A DNA stretch of 64,000 bases, taken from a bacterium (lineage in GTDB: Bacteria; UBA8248). Below, one piece after another: positions 40,987-50,735 of this stretch. A model generated the notes under the pieces. The model was given only the letters and a program-made list of their open reading frames with translations, searched no databases and was not told the origin of the DNA. Position numbers and translations under genes: made by a program. The stretch's first letter is position 1. Every line of letters starts with the position of its first letter. The DNA lies in NCBI GenBank assembly GCA_965207065.1, contig OZ242260.1, forward strand, positions 1,568,001-1,632,000, in the 5' to 3' direction.

Positions 40987-41783
40987 TAACCACTCGCTTC
41001 GGCCAGGAATGAATCCACGGCCGCGTTCCATTCGGTGTGGGAGCGGCGGTAGCTGTAGTGGCCTCCCTCCTCCAGGATCACGAGCTCAGAACCCGCTATC
41101 GCCTTCTGCAGGTCCTGGGCGAAATACGGCGGGGTGAGGGCGTCGTCCTTTGCGGCGATGATGAGCGAGGGCTTGTCGATCTTGTGAATCTCTGACGTCC
41201 TGTCGTGGGAGAGCGTCATGTCGAGGCGCGCGGTGATGACATCAACGGGCGCGATGGTGTCCTTCTGGCGCGCTTCGAGGTCGAGCAGGTTCTCGTACAT
41301 GTTCCGGAACTGCGTCCACCCGCACGTCCAGAGCGAACTGAACTTGATGTATTCCTCCAGCCCGTAGGCCTCGGCGATCTGCTTGCGCGAGGTCTGTAAG
41401 CGCGTCATGTAGGGGTCCGCCGTCGTCCAGGTGTTGGTGAATACGCAGCAGTTGATCCGGTCGGGATAATCGAGCGCGAGGTTCTGCAGTATGCAGCCTC
41501 CGGTTGACGTGCCCGCCACGTGGGCCTTTTCGATTCCCAGCGTGTCGAGCAGGGCGACCGCGTCCTGCGCGATGATGCCGGTGGAATAGGCGTCTTTGGG
41601 CTTGTCGCTCTCGCCCGTGCCCCGGTGGTCGAAGGTGATGCAGCGGTAGCGATCCGAGAAATGGGGCATCTGGAAATCCCAGGCGTCGAGAAGGCCCATG
41701 AGGCCGGGGATGAAGAGGAACGCCTCCCCCTCTCCTCGTTCCGCGTAGTTGAGTTGCACCTCACCTGCTTGAATGCGTGGCAT
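40986..41783 (-). CDS. Alpha/beta hydrolase (RutD-like)
   Basis: DHRGTGES, GTSTGG, D and H (EEGGH) catalytic positions. Confidence 0.85.
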   Translation of the reverse strand: MPRIQAGEVQLNYAERGEGEAFLFIPGLMGLLDAWDFQMPHFSDRYRCITFDHRGTGESDKPKDAYSTGIIAQDAVALLDTLGIEKAHVAGTSTGGCILQNLALDYPDRINCCVFTNTWTTADPYMTRLQTSRKQIAEAYGLEEYIKFSSLWTCGWTQFRNMYENLLDLEARQKDTIAPVDVITARLDMTLSHDRTSEIHKIDKPSLIIAAKDDALTPPYFAQDLQKAIAGSELVILEEGGHYSYRRSHTEWNAAVDSFLAEASG

Positions 41784-41808
41784 GGTTTCTCCTTTCAGAT
41801 TTTATGAT

Positions 41809-42822
41809 TTATTCGTTCGGGTCATTGAGGATTTCGGTCACTTCCACCCGGCGTCCCTCTTTCGCTGAGCGCACGCCCGCGCGGATGACGGCGAGAGAGG
41901 ACACGGCGGCGTCGCCTTCCATCTCGGGCGCAGCGCCTCCGCGAACGGCGTCCGCGAATTCATCGAGCTCTTCCCTGATGGTGTCGTTCTTCTCGCACGC
42001 CACCGCCTGGGGCGCCTCCTCTCCCCGGTAGAGGACGCGCAGGCCGTCAAAGAGCGTGTAGTAGGCCGTGGCCGTCTTCCCGTAAATGTTCATGAGGTAA
42101 TACTCCGACGCCGAGGCGTAGCTCGCCGTCAGGTTCGAAATGGCGCCCGATTCGTGCTCGAGAATCAGGTTCGCCACGTCGGGATTGTCACCGGGGAGGA
42201 CGAGTTGCGCCGTCCGGCCCGATACGGCGACTATCGGCCCCATGAGGTAGGTCAGCACGTCGGCGTAGTGGATGCCTATCTGGAGCATGACGCCGCCCGG
42301 CATGGCGTCCGACTGGTAGCGCCAGTGGCCGAGTTCGAACTGGCCCTCCCTGTCCCTGCTGATGTTGCACTCCGCCTGCACGAGCCTGCCGAACTCGCCC
42401 GCTTCGATCTGGTTCCTGATCCAGCGGAAGTGGTTCTCCCGCCGCCGCTGGTAGCCGATGGCGAGCACCACGCCCGCCTCGGCGCACGCGCGGGTGAGCG
42501 CCTTGCCGTCGGCGACGGTGTGGGCGATGGGCTTATCGAGAAACACGTGCTTGCCCGCCTCCGCCGCCGCTTTCGTGGTTTCCAGGTGAACGTGGTTGGG
42601 CGTGGTGTTGATGACGGCCTCTATGGAGTCATCCGCCAGAATTTCCTCGTAGCTCGCGGCCGCCTCACAATTATATTTTTCGGCGAAGGCCGCGCGCTTG
42701 TCTTCCGAGCGCGTGAAGCAGGCGGCAATCTCTATCTTGTCGGTTCTGCCGATGGCGTCGGCCAGAACGTCCGACCACCAGCCCATGCCGAGTGCGGCCA
42801 CCCTCAGGGGTTTTGAGCTCAT
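41809..42822 (-). CDS. Gfo/Idh/MocA family oxidoreductase
   Basis: ALGMGWW, TPNHVH, GKHVFLDKP, GGVMLQIGIHYAD. Confidence 0.9.
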   Translation of the reverse strand: MSSKPLRVAALGMGWWSDVLADAIGRTDKIEIAACFTRSEDKRAAFAEKYNCEAAASYEEILADDSIEAVINTTPNHVHLETTKAAAEAGKHVFLDKPIAHTVADGKALTRACAEAGVVLAIGYQRRRENHFRWIRNQIEAGEFGRLVQAECNISRDREGQFELGHWRYQSDAMPGGVMLQIGIHYADVLTYLMGPIVAVSGRTAQLVLPGDNPDVANLILEHESGAISNLTASYASASEYYLMNIYGKTATAYYTLFDGLRVLYRGEEAPQAVACEKNDTIREELDEFADAVRGGAAPEMEGDAAVSSLAVIRAGVRSAKEGRRVEVTEILNDPNE

Positions 42823-42928
42823 TTTTTGTATGACTCCTTATGATGCCGATACAAGTGATGGAAAATGCTTTTGCGGGTTATGGCGAAGGCTCGTCGCGCC
42901 AGAGTATTCTTCAATCCGCGCCCCGGAA

Positions 42929-43366
42929 TTAAAAAGAAGCGCCCACCGCCTCGACGGCCACGCGCGCGATGGCCAAATCCTGCTCCCAGTCGCCCCCGCT
43001 GACGCCGATGCCGCCCAGGCACTCGCCCTCATAAAGAATCGGGAAGCCGCCCTCCATCGCCGTCCACCGCTCGGGACCTGCGGCCAGGGCCAATCCTAAG
43101 GCGTGGGCCGTATCCAGATGCTGCGCCTGCGCGCCCTGCGTGGTGGTGGGCCGCTTGTTCGAGGCCGAACACACCGCCTTGGTGGTGGATGAGTGAACGG
43201 TATGAAAACGCCCGCCGTCCATGCGCTCGAGCAGGACGAGGTGTCCGCCCGCGTCGGCGATGGCCACGGTGACGGGGATGCCGAACTCCTCCGCCTTGGC
43301 GATGGCGGCCGTCATCATCAGCTTGGCCCCCCTGGTGGTGAGTCGATGGGTACGGGCGAATGGCAT
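42929..43366 (-). CDS. GlcG/HbpS heme-binding family protein (DUF336)
   Basis: VAIADAGG, ERMDG, GGFPI, GGIGVSG. Confidence 0.88.
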   Translation of the reverse strand: MPFARTHRLTTRGAKLMMTAAIAKAEEFGIPVTVAIADAGGHLVLLERMDGGRFHTVHSSTTKAVCSASNKRPTTTQGAQAQHLDTAHALGLALAAGPERWTAMEGGFPILYEGECLGGIGVSGGDWEQDLAIARVAVEAVGASF

Positions 43367-43539
43367 GGATGCATCTCCTGTGTCTGTGGGCTTCCCGCAA
43401 AGCGAGCGAAATTTTCCACCTTTTAACAATTCATCCCCCTTTTGTCGATGATTCGGCTTTGCGCCCTCTCTTCCTTGTCTTGTGCTCAAGGCTCCTCCAT
43501 GATGCGCGCACCCCGGAAGTGCAGGAAAAGGAGAGTCAG

Positions 43540-44316
43540 GTGTCAGATGTCGTTTCCTTTATAGAGGAGACCGCGCGCAAGGCGGGCGCGCGCGCGATGG
43601 AGCTGTTCGGCCAGGTAGAGGCGGAATCCAAAGGACGCAGCATCGTCTCGCGCGCCGACAGGGAGGTGGAGCGGATCATCATCGGGGAGATTCGCGGGGC
43701 GTATCCGGACGATCCCGTCCTCGCGGAGGAAAGCGGCGCGAGCGGCGCGGGCGATATCGGCCCCGATACGCGCTGGTGGGCGATAGACCCCATCGACGGC
43801 ACGGGGCCTTATCTCAAAGGACTCCCCTTCTGGGCGGTCTCTATTGCGTGTCTGAGAGGCTCGCGCGTCGTGGCGGGCGTCGTCCACATGCCCGCGATGG
43901 GGCAAATCTTCACAGCCGAGGCTTCAGGCCCTGCCATGAGAAACGGCGCGCCGCTGGCGCAAGTCAGTCAGGGGGTTCCCGGCGATCACGATTATCTCTT
44001 CGTGCCGTGCGGCGAGGTGGCGGGTCTCTCGCACCAATACCCCGGACGCTTTCTGGCGCTGGCGTCCGCCGCCTGCCACATTTGCCTGACGGCGGCTGGG
44101 TCGGCCTTCGGCACGCTGATGGAGCCGATTCGCGCGTATGACTTCGCCGCTGCAGCGCTCATCTACGAACGCGCGGGGGGAAGCGTCGGCTACCTCTCGG
44201 GAGCGGAGATCGACTACGCCGCGCTGGCGGATGGACGCCGGGCGCCCGAGCCCGTCCTGGCAGCGCCGGCAGGGCAAATCGACTGGCTGAGGGAGAGAGT
44301 GTTCTGGGAGCAGTAG
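43540..44316 (+). CDS. Inositol monophosphatase family protein
   Basis: GTG start with RBS AGGAG; AEES, WAIDPIDGT, YDFAAA. Confidence 0.88.
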   Translation: MSDVVSFIEETARKAGARAMELFGQVEAESKGRSIVSRADREVERIIIGEIRGAYPDDPVLAEESGASGAGDIGPDTRWWAIDPIDGTGPYLKGLPFWAVSIACLRGSRVVAGVVHMPAMGQIFTAEASGPAMRNGAPLAQVSQGVPGDHDYLFVPCGEVAGLSHQYPGRFLALASAACHICLTAAGSAFGTLMEPIRAYDFAAAALIYERAGGSVGYLSGAEIDYAALADGRRAPEPVLAAPAGQIDWLRERVFWEQ

Positions 44317-44338
44317 GGACAGGCCCCCGTGCCTGTCC
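44313..44338. repeat. Single GTAG REP supplying the stop codon of the upstream gene
   Basis: GTAGGGACAGGCCCCCGTGCCTGTCC, identical to the copy at 5379; its TAG is the stop. Confidence 0.8.
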
Positions 44339-44371
44339 GTGGCCGCTTAATCAACAGCCCTTACGCCGAGC

Positions 44372-45175
44372 CTACATCCACATGCCGGCGCGCTGCATCA
44401 TCTGGTCGAGCTGGAAGCTCACGCGGTCCGCGCACTCGAACGGCGTCGTGTGGCCGGCGCCCTCCACCAACTCGATGACGGAATCGCCCAGCCCCTCGTG
44501 CAGGTCGGTCATCTGCGCGTGCGGCACCAGCGCGTCGCCCGTGCCGCCGAACACCAGGCAGGGCACGGCGATTTCGCCCAGGCGCGGCGTCAGCTCCTCG
44601 CGCGTACGAAGCGCGTCGATGAGCGAGGCGATCTGGTCCGGGATCTGAGAGAGCACGACCTTCTGCGTGGCCTCGATTTCGAGCGGATGGGAGGCGATGT
44701 AGGCGGGCGCGAACAGGCTCTCGATGAAGTGCCCGGCGAACCCCGCCATTCCCTCGTCGATGACGGTCTGCATGTGCTGCAGGCGCACCTTTTTTCCCTC
44801 TTCTGTATCCGCCGCCGCCCGTGTGCTGATGAACCCGCACGCGCGCACCTTGAGCGGGTGGCGGAGCACCATCTGGAGCAGGATGTAGCCGCCCAGCGAG
44901 AAGCCCGCCACGGCGGCGGCGCTGATGTCGAGCGCGCCGAGAAAGCCCGCCATGTCGTCGGCCATCATCGAGACCGTGATTTGGCCGCCGTCGTGGGGCG
45001 TGCGCCCCATGCCGCGCAAGTCGGGGACCAGGAGGCGGTAGCTGCTCTGCAGGGCTTCCACCTGCGGCGCCCAGATGGTGTGATCCAGCGAAAAGCCGTG
45101 CAGGAGCAGGAGCGGCGGCCCGCTCCCCGATTCCTGGTAGGCGATGTCGATTCCGTTCACGGATACGGTTTTCAT
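44372..45175 (-). CDS. Alpha/beta hydrolase (enol-lactonase-like)
   Basis: LLHGF, DLRGMG, GFSLGG, GAGH. Confidence 0.88.
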   Translation of the reverse strand: MKTVSVNGIDIAYQESGSGPPLLLLHGFSLDHTIWAPQVEALQSSYRLLVPDLRGMGRTPHDGGQITVSMMADDMAGFLGALDISAAAVAGFSLGGYILLQMVLRHPLKVRACGFISTRAAADTEEGKKVRLQHMQTVIDEGMAGFAGHFIESLFAPAYIASHPLEIEATQKVVLSQIPDQIASLIDALRTREELTPRLGEIAVPCLVFGGTGDALVPHAQMTDLHEGLGDSVIELVEGAGHTTPFECADRVSFQLDQMMQRAGMWM

Positions 45176-45177
45176 GG

Positions 45178-45276
45178 CGCGCTCCCATCGTGTCTGAACC
45201 GGCTTGTAGACGCCGAGTTGTTTTTTGAGGACTTGGATTCTAGCACACGGGAGAAAGAGCCGGAACGCGGGGAGGG
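45178..45276. repeat. About 95-bp direct repeat, copy 1 (promoter and RBS of the hydrolase gene)
   Basis: CGCTCCCATCGTGTCTGAACCGGCTTG...ATTCTAGCACACGGGAGAAAGAGCCGGAACG recurs at 50411 and 53306; minus strand has extended -10 TGCTAGAAT. Confidence 0.9.
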
Positions 45277-45361
45277 TTAGGCGGCGTGCAATGTGGGGAA
45301 GAGTTAATCTCATAGGCGAAAAATGAAGGGGGCGGCCGCAAAGCCGCCCCCTCACGGTTGA

Positions 45362-46549
45362 TTATTGTTTATACGCCCCGAAAGCGCCGGTGATGGCCTG
45401 GAGATCATCGGCCGTCTTGGCGCCGAAGGTGCCTGCCACCGAACCAGGATGATCGGTCGCGCTTGCTCCGTTGCCGAATAGCCTGCCGCCCCATTTGCCC
45501 GTCAGGCCTTCGCCGCTGGTGTCGCCATTAAAATTTGAACCACTCTGGGTGAATTCGGCGGGCTCAAGTGTCAGTTCGGGCAGGGCTACGCCTCCATCCG
45601 TCATACCTTCGGTGATTGTTCCGGAGACGCTTCCGAACTCGCTCTCATCGCCGAAATCAGCCGTCAGTCTCGCCTTCGCGTTGAAGTAATCGAATGCTGG
45701 TGTAGCGTCGGCGTTTTCCTTTGTCATGTGCAGGCCGGTCGCGGGGCCTTCGTATGTCGCTTCTCCTGTGAGGGGGGCTGTATTGCTTCTTTCGAAAGGA
45801 TCGTTGCCGCTGGCAAAAATAACCAGACCATAGTTGGAAGCGTCGTCTCTTCTCTGTTTTCTGACCCGAACCCAATACCCCAGAACCAGATAATCAGAAT
45901 CTGAGTTGCCATTGATATCGGATAAGGCATCCACATGGTAATACCATGAAGGGGATTCATCCCGGAACTCAACGCCTTTCCAGCCTGCCGCCGGGATGTC
46001 CTTGATCCTGTTGACCGACGCTTCCGGTTCGTTTGTGGAAAGTCTGGTCGCACTACCGCTATCAGGCACAACTCTCACGAAAACATCCAGCATTCCGTCG
46101 GCGCCATATTCCGCCCTGGCGGATATTCTTCTGTTCGTCACGCCGCCTCTTGTTGAAGAGTTCTGCGTCACGCTGCTGATTGTTGGTCCCAGCCTGGTGG
46201 AGGTCAGACCTCTTGGCTGGTTTATAGCCGTTTGCAGGATGTCTCTCACAACGTCATCATCACTGTCATTGGCGTGCTCCGTAGCCTGGATTTCATTGAT
46301 ATTGCTAAGCATTAACTCTCGGCGCATCGGTTCCTGGCCACCACTGCCAGGCATCTCCTGGCCACCTTCATCGGGCATTTGCTGGCCGCCGCCAGTCATC
46401 TCCTGGCTATCATCGCCGGGCATCATTGCGCTACTGCCCCCGCCTCCCCCGCCACAGCCTGATAATGTGAAAACACAAACAAGGACTACCAAAATCCCTG
46501 CGAAACGAAATGAGGTATTGTTGAGTATTTGTTTGTCGAGTCGCGCCAT
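45362..46549 (-). CDS. Surface lipoprotein with TbpB-like C-terminal beta-barrel
   Basis: Lipobox LSGC then poly-Gly and Met/Gln/Gly linker; ATYEGPATG, LTADFG, GKWGGRLFG, VAGTFGA, GAFGA. Confidence 0.75.
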   Translation of the reverse strand: MARLDKQILNNTSFRFAGILVVLVCVFTLSGCGGGGGGSSAMMPGDDSQEMTGGGQQMPDEGGQEMPGSGGQEPMRRELMLSNINEIQATEHANDSDDDVVRDILQTAINQPRGLTSTRLGPTISSVTQNSSTRGGVTNRRISARAEYGADGMLDVFVRVVPDSGSATRLSTNEPEASVNRIKDIPAAGWKGVEFRDESPSWYYHVDALSDINGNSDSDYLVLGYWVRVRKQRRDDASNYGLVIFASGNDPFERSNTAPLTGEATYEGPATGLHMTKENADATPAFDYFNAKARLTADFGDESEFGSVSGTITEGMTDGGVALPELTLEPAEFTQSGSNFNGDTSGEGLTGKWGGRLFGNGASATDHPGSVAGTFGAKTADDLQAITGAFGAYKQ

Positions 46550-46728
46550 TTTGTTTCCCCTAAATTTTAGAAACCAACCAGTGGTAAGCATGATCGAGAC
46601 GACCCCCGACAGGGCGATCGACCCTTCGCTGTGTGCGCTCATTCCGATGGCTGCTTTGCTCCCGTCTGCTGCAATCCAAAATCCTCGGCTCCGGTGATAC
46701 CCGAAGCCGCCAAGAGTTCGATCACATG

Positions 46729-46885
46729 CTCGCAAACGCCACGAAGTTTCACGCCGGCTCCGTTCCAATGTCGCTGAAGAGATATTTGAATTATAGAAAT
46801 TCGCACACTCCTTCGCGTCCCCAGTTTTGGGGAGTTCCAGTATTTTTTTGCAATTTCCAAGGAGTTATCGGGAAGATATACGGCG
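46729..46885 (-). promoter_or_regulatory. 157-bp duplicated promoter element, copy B (box 46818-46833, -10 46790-46795)
   Basis: Near-identical to 48865-49021; TCCCCAAAACTGGGGA-N22-TATAAT on the minus strand. Confidence 0.8.
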
Positions 46886-47061
46886 ACGGATATCGCGGCG
46901 GCCCGGGTGGAGAAGTTCCATGCGACGCCGTACGATGAATAATCGAATCCACGTTCGTCGTGCTTGTATGCCACCGAATACCATTTGCGGCTGTCTTCCG
47001 CGCTCGCCTCGGCAGCGAGCAGGGCAAGCAGAAGACCGGACACGGTAGTAATTTACTTCAT
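46886..47061 (-). pseudogene. DUF4189-like secreted protein remnant
   Basis: RBS GGAGAG, ATG AAG TAA (stop at codon 3), signal peptide, YSVAY...SYGVAWNFSTRAAA; cut off at the repeat. Confidence 0.6.
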
Positions 47062-47090
47062 ACTTGTCTCTCCTGGATTCGACTCCTCTG

Positions 47091-47843
47091 TTATCGGGAT
47101 ATCAGGTGCTTTTTGAAGAATCGCACCACGTGATCGCGGGATTTGTGAGCCGCATCTTCATCCCATCTCATAATTCGACCGCGCCGGTTGCGATTCACTC
47201 CTTCCTTGTCGAACCCGTGATGCGCGCCTTCAAAGAAAATCACGGGCACGTTGTGGTTGTGCTGGAATTGAAAGCACCTGTCGGGATCCACAATCGTGTC
47301 GGCGGTGCCCATCAGCATCAACATCGGAAGATTGTACAGACTCACCCTGGGGCTTCGCGTGCATCCGCCGTAGATCCCCACGTGGGCGGCGAAGACCGGG
47401 GCATGGGTCTTTTCGGTATTCACCATACGAAACGCCACCGTGCCGCCGAAAGACCACCCCATGATCCCGACGCGCTCGCCGTCCACGTCGGAGCGTTTGC
47501 GAATCCGTTTTGCAGCCGCCAACACCACCGGAATGTAGTCATCCGCCGGGGGGCGATCATGGCGGTTCCTGAAGATGCCCTTCTTGATGTCCAAGATGAA
47601 GGTAGCTATCCCTGCGCGCAACAGGTGCGATCGGTAAAACTTCTGCCTCCGATCCACGCCCGACGTTCCCGGGATCATGACCACCAGCGGGACGGGGCCT
47701 GCCGCCTTCGGCAGGTGAAGCTTCGTGCCGTACCGCTTGCCGTCAACTGTAATCGAGCCGCGTTCGGTTGAAGCTCCATAAGCCGCCAGGGGCAGCAGCT
47801 CCGCCAAGGCAAGGCTTACGCAAAGCGAAAATATTTTCGGCAT
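47091..47843 (-). CDS. Secreted dienelactone-hydrolase-like alpha/beta hydrolase
   Basis: Signal peptide; GWSFGG, GTAD, GAHHGFD. Confidence 0.82.
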   Translation of the reverse strand: MPKIFSLCVSLALAELLPLAAYGASTERGSITVDGKRYGTKLHLPKAAGPVPLVVMIPGTSGVDRRQKFYRSHLLRAGIATFILDIKKGIFRNRHDRPPADDYIPVVLAAAKRIRKRSDVDGERVGIMGWSFGGTVAFRMVNTEKTHAPVFAAHVGIYGGCTRSPRVSLYNLPMLMLMGTADTIVDPDRCFQFQHNHNVPVIFFEGAHHGFDKEGVNRNRRGRIMRWDEDAAHKSRDHVVRFFKKHLISR

Positions 47844-47877
47844 GGGAATCCTCCTGAATATGGCCTCCTGGGGCGTT

Positions 47878-48543
47878 TCACTGTTTCCAGGCGTTCGTCA
47901 TTCCCTCGTTGGGGACGTAGCGGTAGATGTGATCCAACCTGTCCCTCCTGGACCAATACTCGAATTTAAGTTCGCTCAGGTGGCCTTTATCATCCAGACC
48001 GACATGGGTGATTTTCAACGAAGTCTTGACGCAGTCTGTCTTAACGCCAATTTTCCACCCGTGTCCGGCAGGAAACTTGCAGCGTCCAATACGGTAATAT
48101 CGTGGCTTCCGGCTGTCATACAGCCTGCCGATCCCTTTCTCATGACAGGTGAAGTACTGCTCCTTGAACCCCTGGACCTTTTCCCGGACCCAGACCATTT
48201 CTTCTTTGTCCGTTTTGGGGTTCTTCCATTTCTTCGGGCCCCAGATCCTCGTCTGGCTCCTGTTGTTGACGGTGAAGGTGTTGTCGGCCTTGTGCATGCA
48301 AGGCCCGTCCTTGCGGCCGTCCCACTTCGCGCCGGTCCAGAGATGATACGGAACGAACATTTTACGGGTCTCGCAATCATAGAGGTTCTTTACGTGCCAG
48401 GGAGATGAACTTTGCGGATAGTCCACGCAGGCGAGCTTGTGGAATTTATCCGCTGTTGCCTCTTCCGCCCATGCAGGCGTAAAGAGACCAAGGAGAAACC
48501 CGCTTGCAATAAGAGTCAGCAACACCGAGTGTAAAGTCTTCAT
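47878..48543 (-). CDS. Secreted hypothetical protein with six Cys
   Basis: Start MKTLHSVLL, signal peptide ending AWA; basic, Trp/Lys-rich mature region. Confidence 0.72.
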   Translation of the reverse strand: MKTLHSVLLTLIASGFLLGLFTPAWAEEATADKFHKLACVDYPQSSSPWHVKNLYDCETRKMFVPYHLWTGAKWDGRKDGPCMHKADNTFTVNNRSQTRIWGPKKWKNPKTDKEEMVWVREKVQGFKEQYFTCHEKGIGRLYDSRKPRYYRIGRCKFPAGHGWKIGVKTDCVKTSLKITHVGLDDKGHLSELKFEYWSRRDRLDHIYRYVPNEGMTNAWKQ

Positions 48544-48626
48544 GTCTATTTCCTCTCCATTGCCCTCATCCAATATAGAACGACACAATTGTTAAAAATG
48601 GTCATTACGGTGTTAACCGTCTGCAG

Positions 48627-48864
48627 CTATCGATCATCCAGCCCAAAGGCGTCCCGAGCCTCGAAAGCGCGTAACATCCGACGGGCCGAATGGCCCACTC
48701 CATGTGCGAGTATGAGCTTCCAATTGAAATCCCACCCCTTTTCAAGCGCCAAGGCTCGCGCGGCTTTGAATGCATTCTTGCCGCGCTCCAAGCGATTCTT
48801 TCCTTGACGGACGGCTCCCGCCCTGCGGCTAAGACTCCGTTTTCGCGTATCTTTCGAGCCCATC
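48627..48864 (-). pseudogene. 3' remnant of a hydrolase-like gene
   Basis: RQGKNRLERG...FNWKLILAHGVGHS resembles an alpha/beta hydrolase C-terminus; 5' part replaced by the repeat. Confidence 0.45.
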
Positions 48865-49021
48865 CTCACAAACGCCACGAAGTTTCATGCCGGCTCCGTT
48901 CCAATGTCGCTGATGAGATGTTTGAATTATAGAAATTCGCACACGTCTTCGCGTCCCCAGTTTTGAGGAGTTCCAGTATTTTTTTGCAATTTCCAAGGAG
49001 TTTTTGGGAAGAAATACGGCG
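48865..49021 (-). promoter_or_regulatory. 157-bp duplicated promoter element, copy A (box 48954-48969, -10 48926-48931)
   Basis: TCCTCAAAACTGGGGA-N22-TATAAT on the minus strand. Confidence 0.78.
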
Positions 49022-49050
49022 CCAGCGACAGCCCAGGGCTACTCCTGCCT

Positions 49051-50199
49051 TCAGTCTTGAGGCTCCGGAATGCCAGCCAGAGCCAGTATAAGCCGTACCA
49101 GATCGACCTGCCGTGAGAGGCCGTGTTTTGTGAAGATGTGCTTCACGTGCGTGCGGATCGTGCTTTCCTTCCGGCCCATCGCCGCGGCAATCTCACGGAC
49201 GCTCTTGCCTTCGGCCAAAAGCACCGCCACCCGGCTCTCCATTCCCGTCAGGCCGAGAGCCACCCTGGTCACGGCCGGATCGATGCGTAATCGGCTCTCC
49301 GGGTCGACGACCAGTACGAGCGCCGCGACCGGCCAGGCGCGGAAATCCGACTCTTGCCAAACGACCGGGTTGACGTGTATCAGCAGCGGAAGGGCCGATG
49401 CGCGTCTGATCATCGTTGAACCGGCGACGCCCTGAACCTGGAACGGCGGCAGCGCGCGCTTGAGCAGTTGCTGGAGTTTGGCGTTTTCCTCCGGCGTTCG
49501 GGCGAACAGGAAACCGTGCGCGTCGAAAAGACCGTCTCCGCTCCGCAGCAAATCCCGGGCGCGGCCGTTCATATCGACGATTCGCCCGCGCCGGTCGAGT
49601 TGGATGTTGCCCAGCCCTGTGGTGTCGAGCAATCCCGTTAAGGACGCGCCAAGCGCATCCGTGCCTGCCAGCGCCTGCCGGACGCGCACGTATTGGCGGA
49701 TATGGGGCTGTAGACGCCGGACCAAATCGAGCCGGGCGGACGACCAGTCTTCACTGCCAACCGGGTCGTAGACGCCCCAGAAAATGCTCGAACCGTCCGG
49801 TCCGTCCAGGCGCATGTTGATGCTGTTCCGGTAATGCACAAGGGTCGAGAAATCGTTGTATACCGCGGAGGTTTTCCGCTCATACTCGGAGTACAAGTCG
49901 TTCAGATGGATCAGTTGGCCGTCGGGCATTCGCTGCGCGCGGGGAACCCGCTCGTCCAGGGGGTAATAGACCTCGTAGTACACGCGTTCCCATTCGCGGT
50001 TCCGTTGGCCGTGATAGAAAAACCCCAAAAAGTAAATCTGGATGTTCTCAGGGGAGTTTAAGTCAACCAGCACCAAGCCGTTGCCGTGTACATTCAGGGT
50101 ATCGTCGATCAGCGCGGAGGCGGTCGACCAGTGCGTATCGTCCAGCGCCGCCTCGTGCAACGACGCCAGGATGCGATCGAACGCCTCCCGTTCGCTCAT
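49051..50199 (-). CDS. LuxR-type HTH regulator with GAF/PAS-like sensor region
   Basis: C-terminal LTGMESRVAVLLAEGKSVREIA...TIRTHVKHIFTK...RQVDLV; PAS-like LDRRGRIVDMN. Confidence 0.88.
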   Translation of the reverse strand: MSEREAFDRILASLHEAALDDTHWSTASALIDDTLNVHGNGLVLVDLNSPENIQIYFLGFFYHGQRNREWERVYYEVYYPLDERVPRAQRMPDGQLIHLNDLYSEYERKTSAVYNDFSTLVHYRNSINMRLDGPDGSSIFWGVYDPVGSEDWSSARLDLVRRLQPHIRQYVRVRQALAGTDALGASLTGLLDTTGLGNIQLDRRGRIVDMNGRARDLLRSGDGLFDAHGFLFARTPEENAKLQQLLKRALPPFQVQGVAGSTMIRRASALPLLIHVNPVVWQESDFRAWPVAALVLVVDPESRLRIDPAVTRVALGLTGMESRVAVLLAEGKSVREIAAAMGRKESTIRTHVKHIFTKHGLSRQVDLVRLILALAGIPEPQD

Positions 50200-50264
50200 G
50201 GCGGATACCTCGCTTGCTGTTCCTCGGCCGACCTATACCTCATCGTCTCGTGAGGTATAGGCCC

Positions 50265-50508
50265 TTCTGTTCCGAGTTTTCAGGCCAAACAACAATACTT
50301 AAAGTATAGGATATCGCGCGCTTGTTCTCTTCCCCAATATTGGGGAGTTTTTGCGAAATCTTTCGCAGCGGCTTGGGAGTCTTCAGGAAGGTGCATTACG
50401 TGAGCGCCGACGCGCTCCCATCGTGTCTGAACCGGCTTGTAGACGCTGAGTTGTCGTTAGAGGCATCGATTCTAGCACACGGGAGAAAGAGCCGGAACGT
50501 TGGGAGGG
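50265..50508. repeat. About 240-bp direct repeat (box promoter plus 95-bp repeat copy 2)
   Basis: Matches 53158-53398; contains TCCCCAATATTGGGGA (50331-50346) 22 bp from TATACT (50303-50308, minus strand). Confidence 0.9.
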
Positions 50509-50735
50509 GGTGGATGCTTCAAGATCAAGGGAGGGATTTCCACCTGCTCTTTTTAAGATTACAGGGCCGCGCTCTCGAAAAAATTTCAGGCTTGCATTGC
50601 TACCCTCTTCATGGTACTTGGGCCTCGTGATTTCGCTCCGTCACGGTCATGCGCTCAGTCAGTGGCTTGGCGAGCCGCCAACCGGCGGGATCACAAAGCT
50701 TTTCGGGATGGACACTTTCTGAGGTTTCTCATCCG

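Noticed and set aside
50630-50710. Pho box upstream of plcP
   Set aside because: GTCA half-sites are 6 and 12 bp apart rather than 11.
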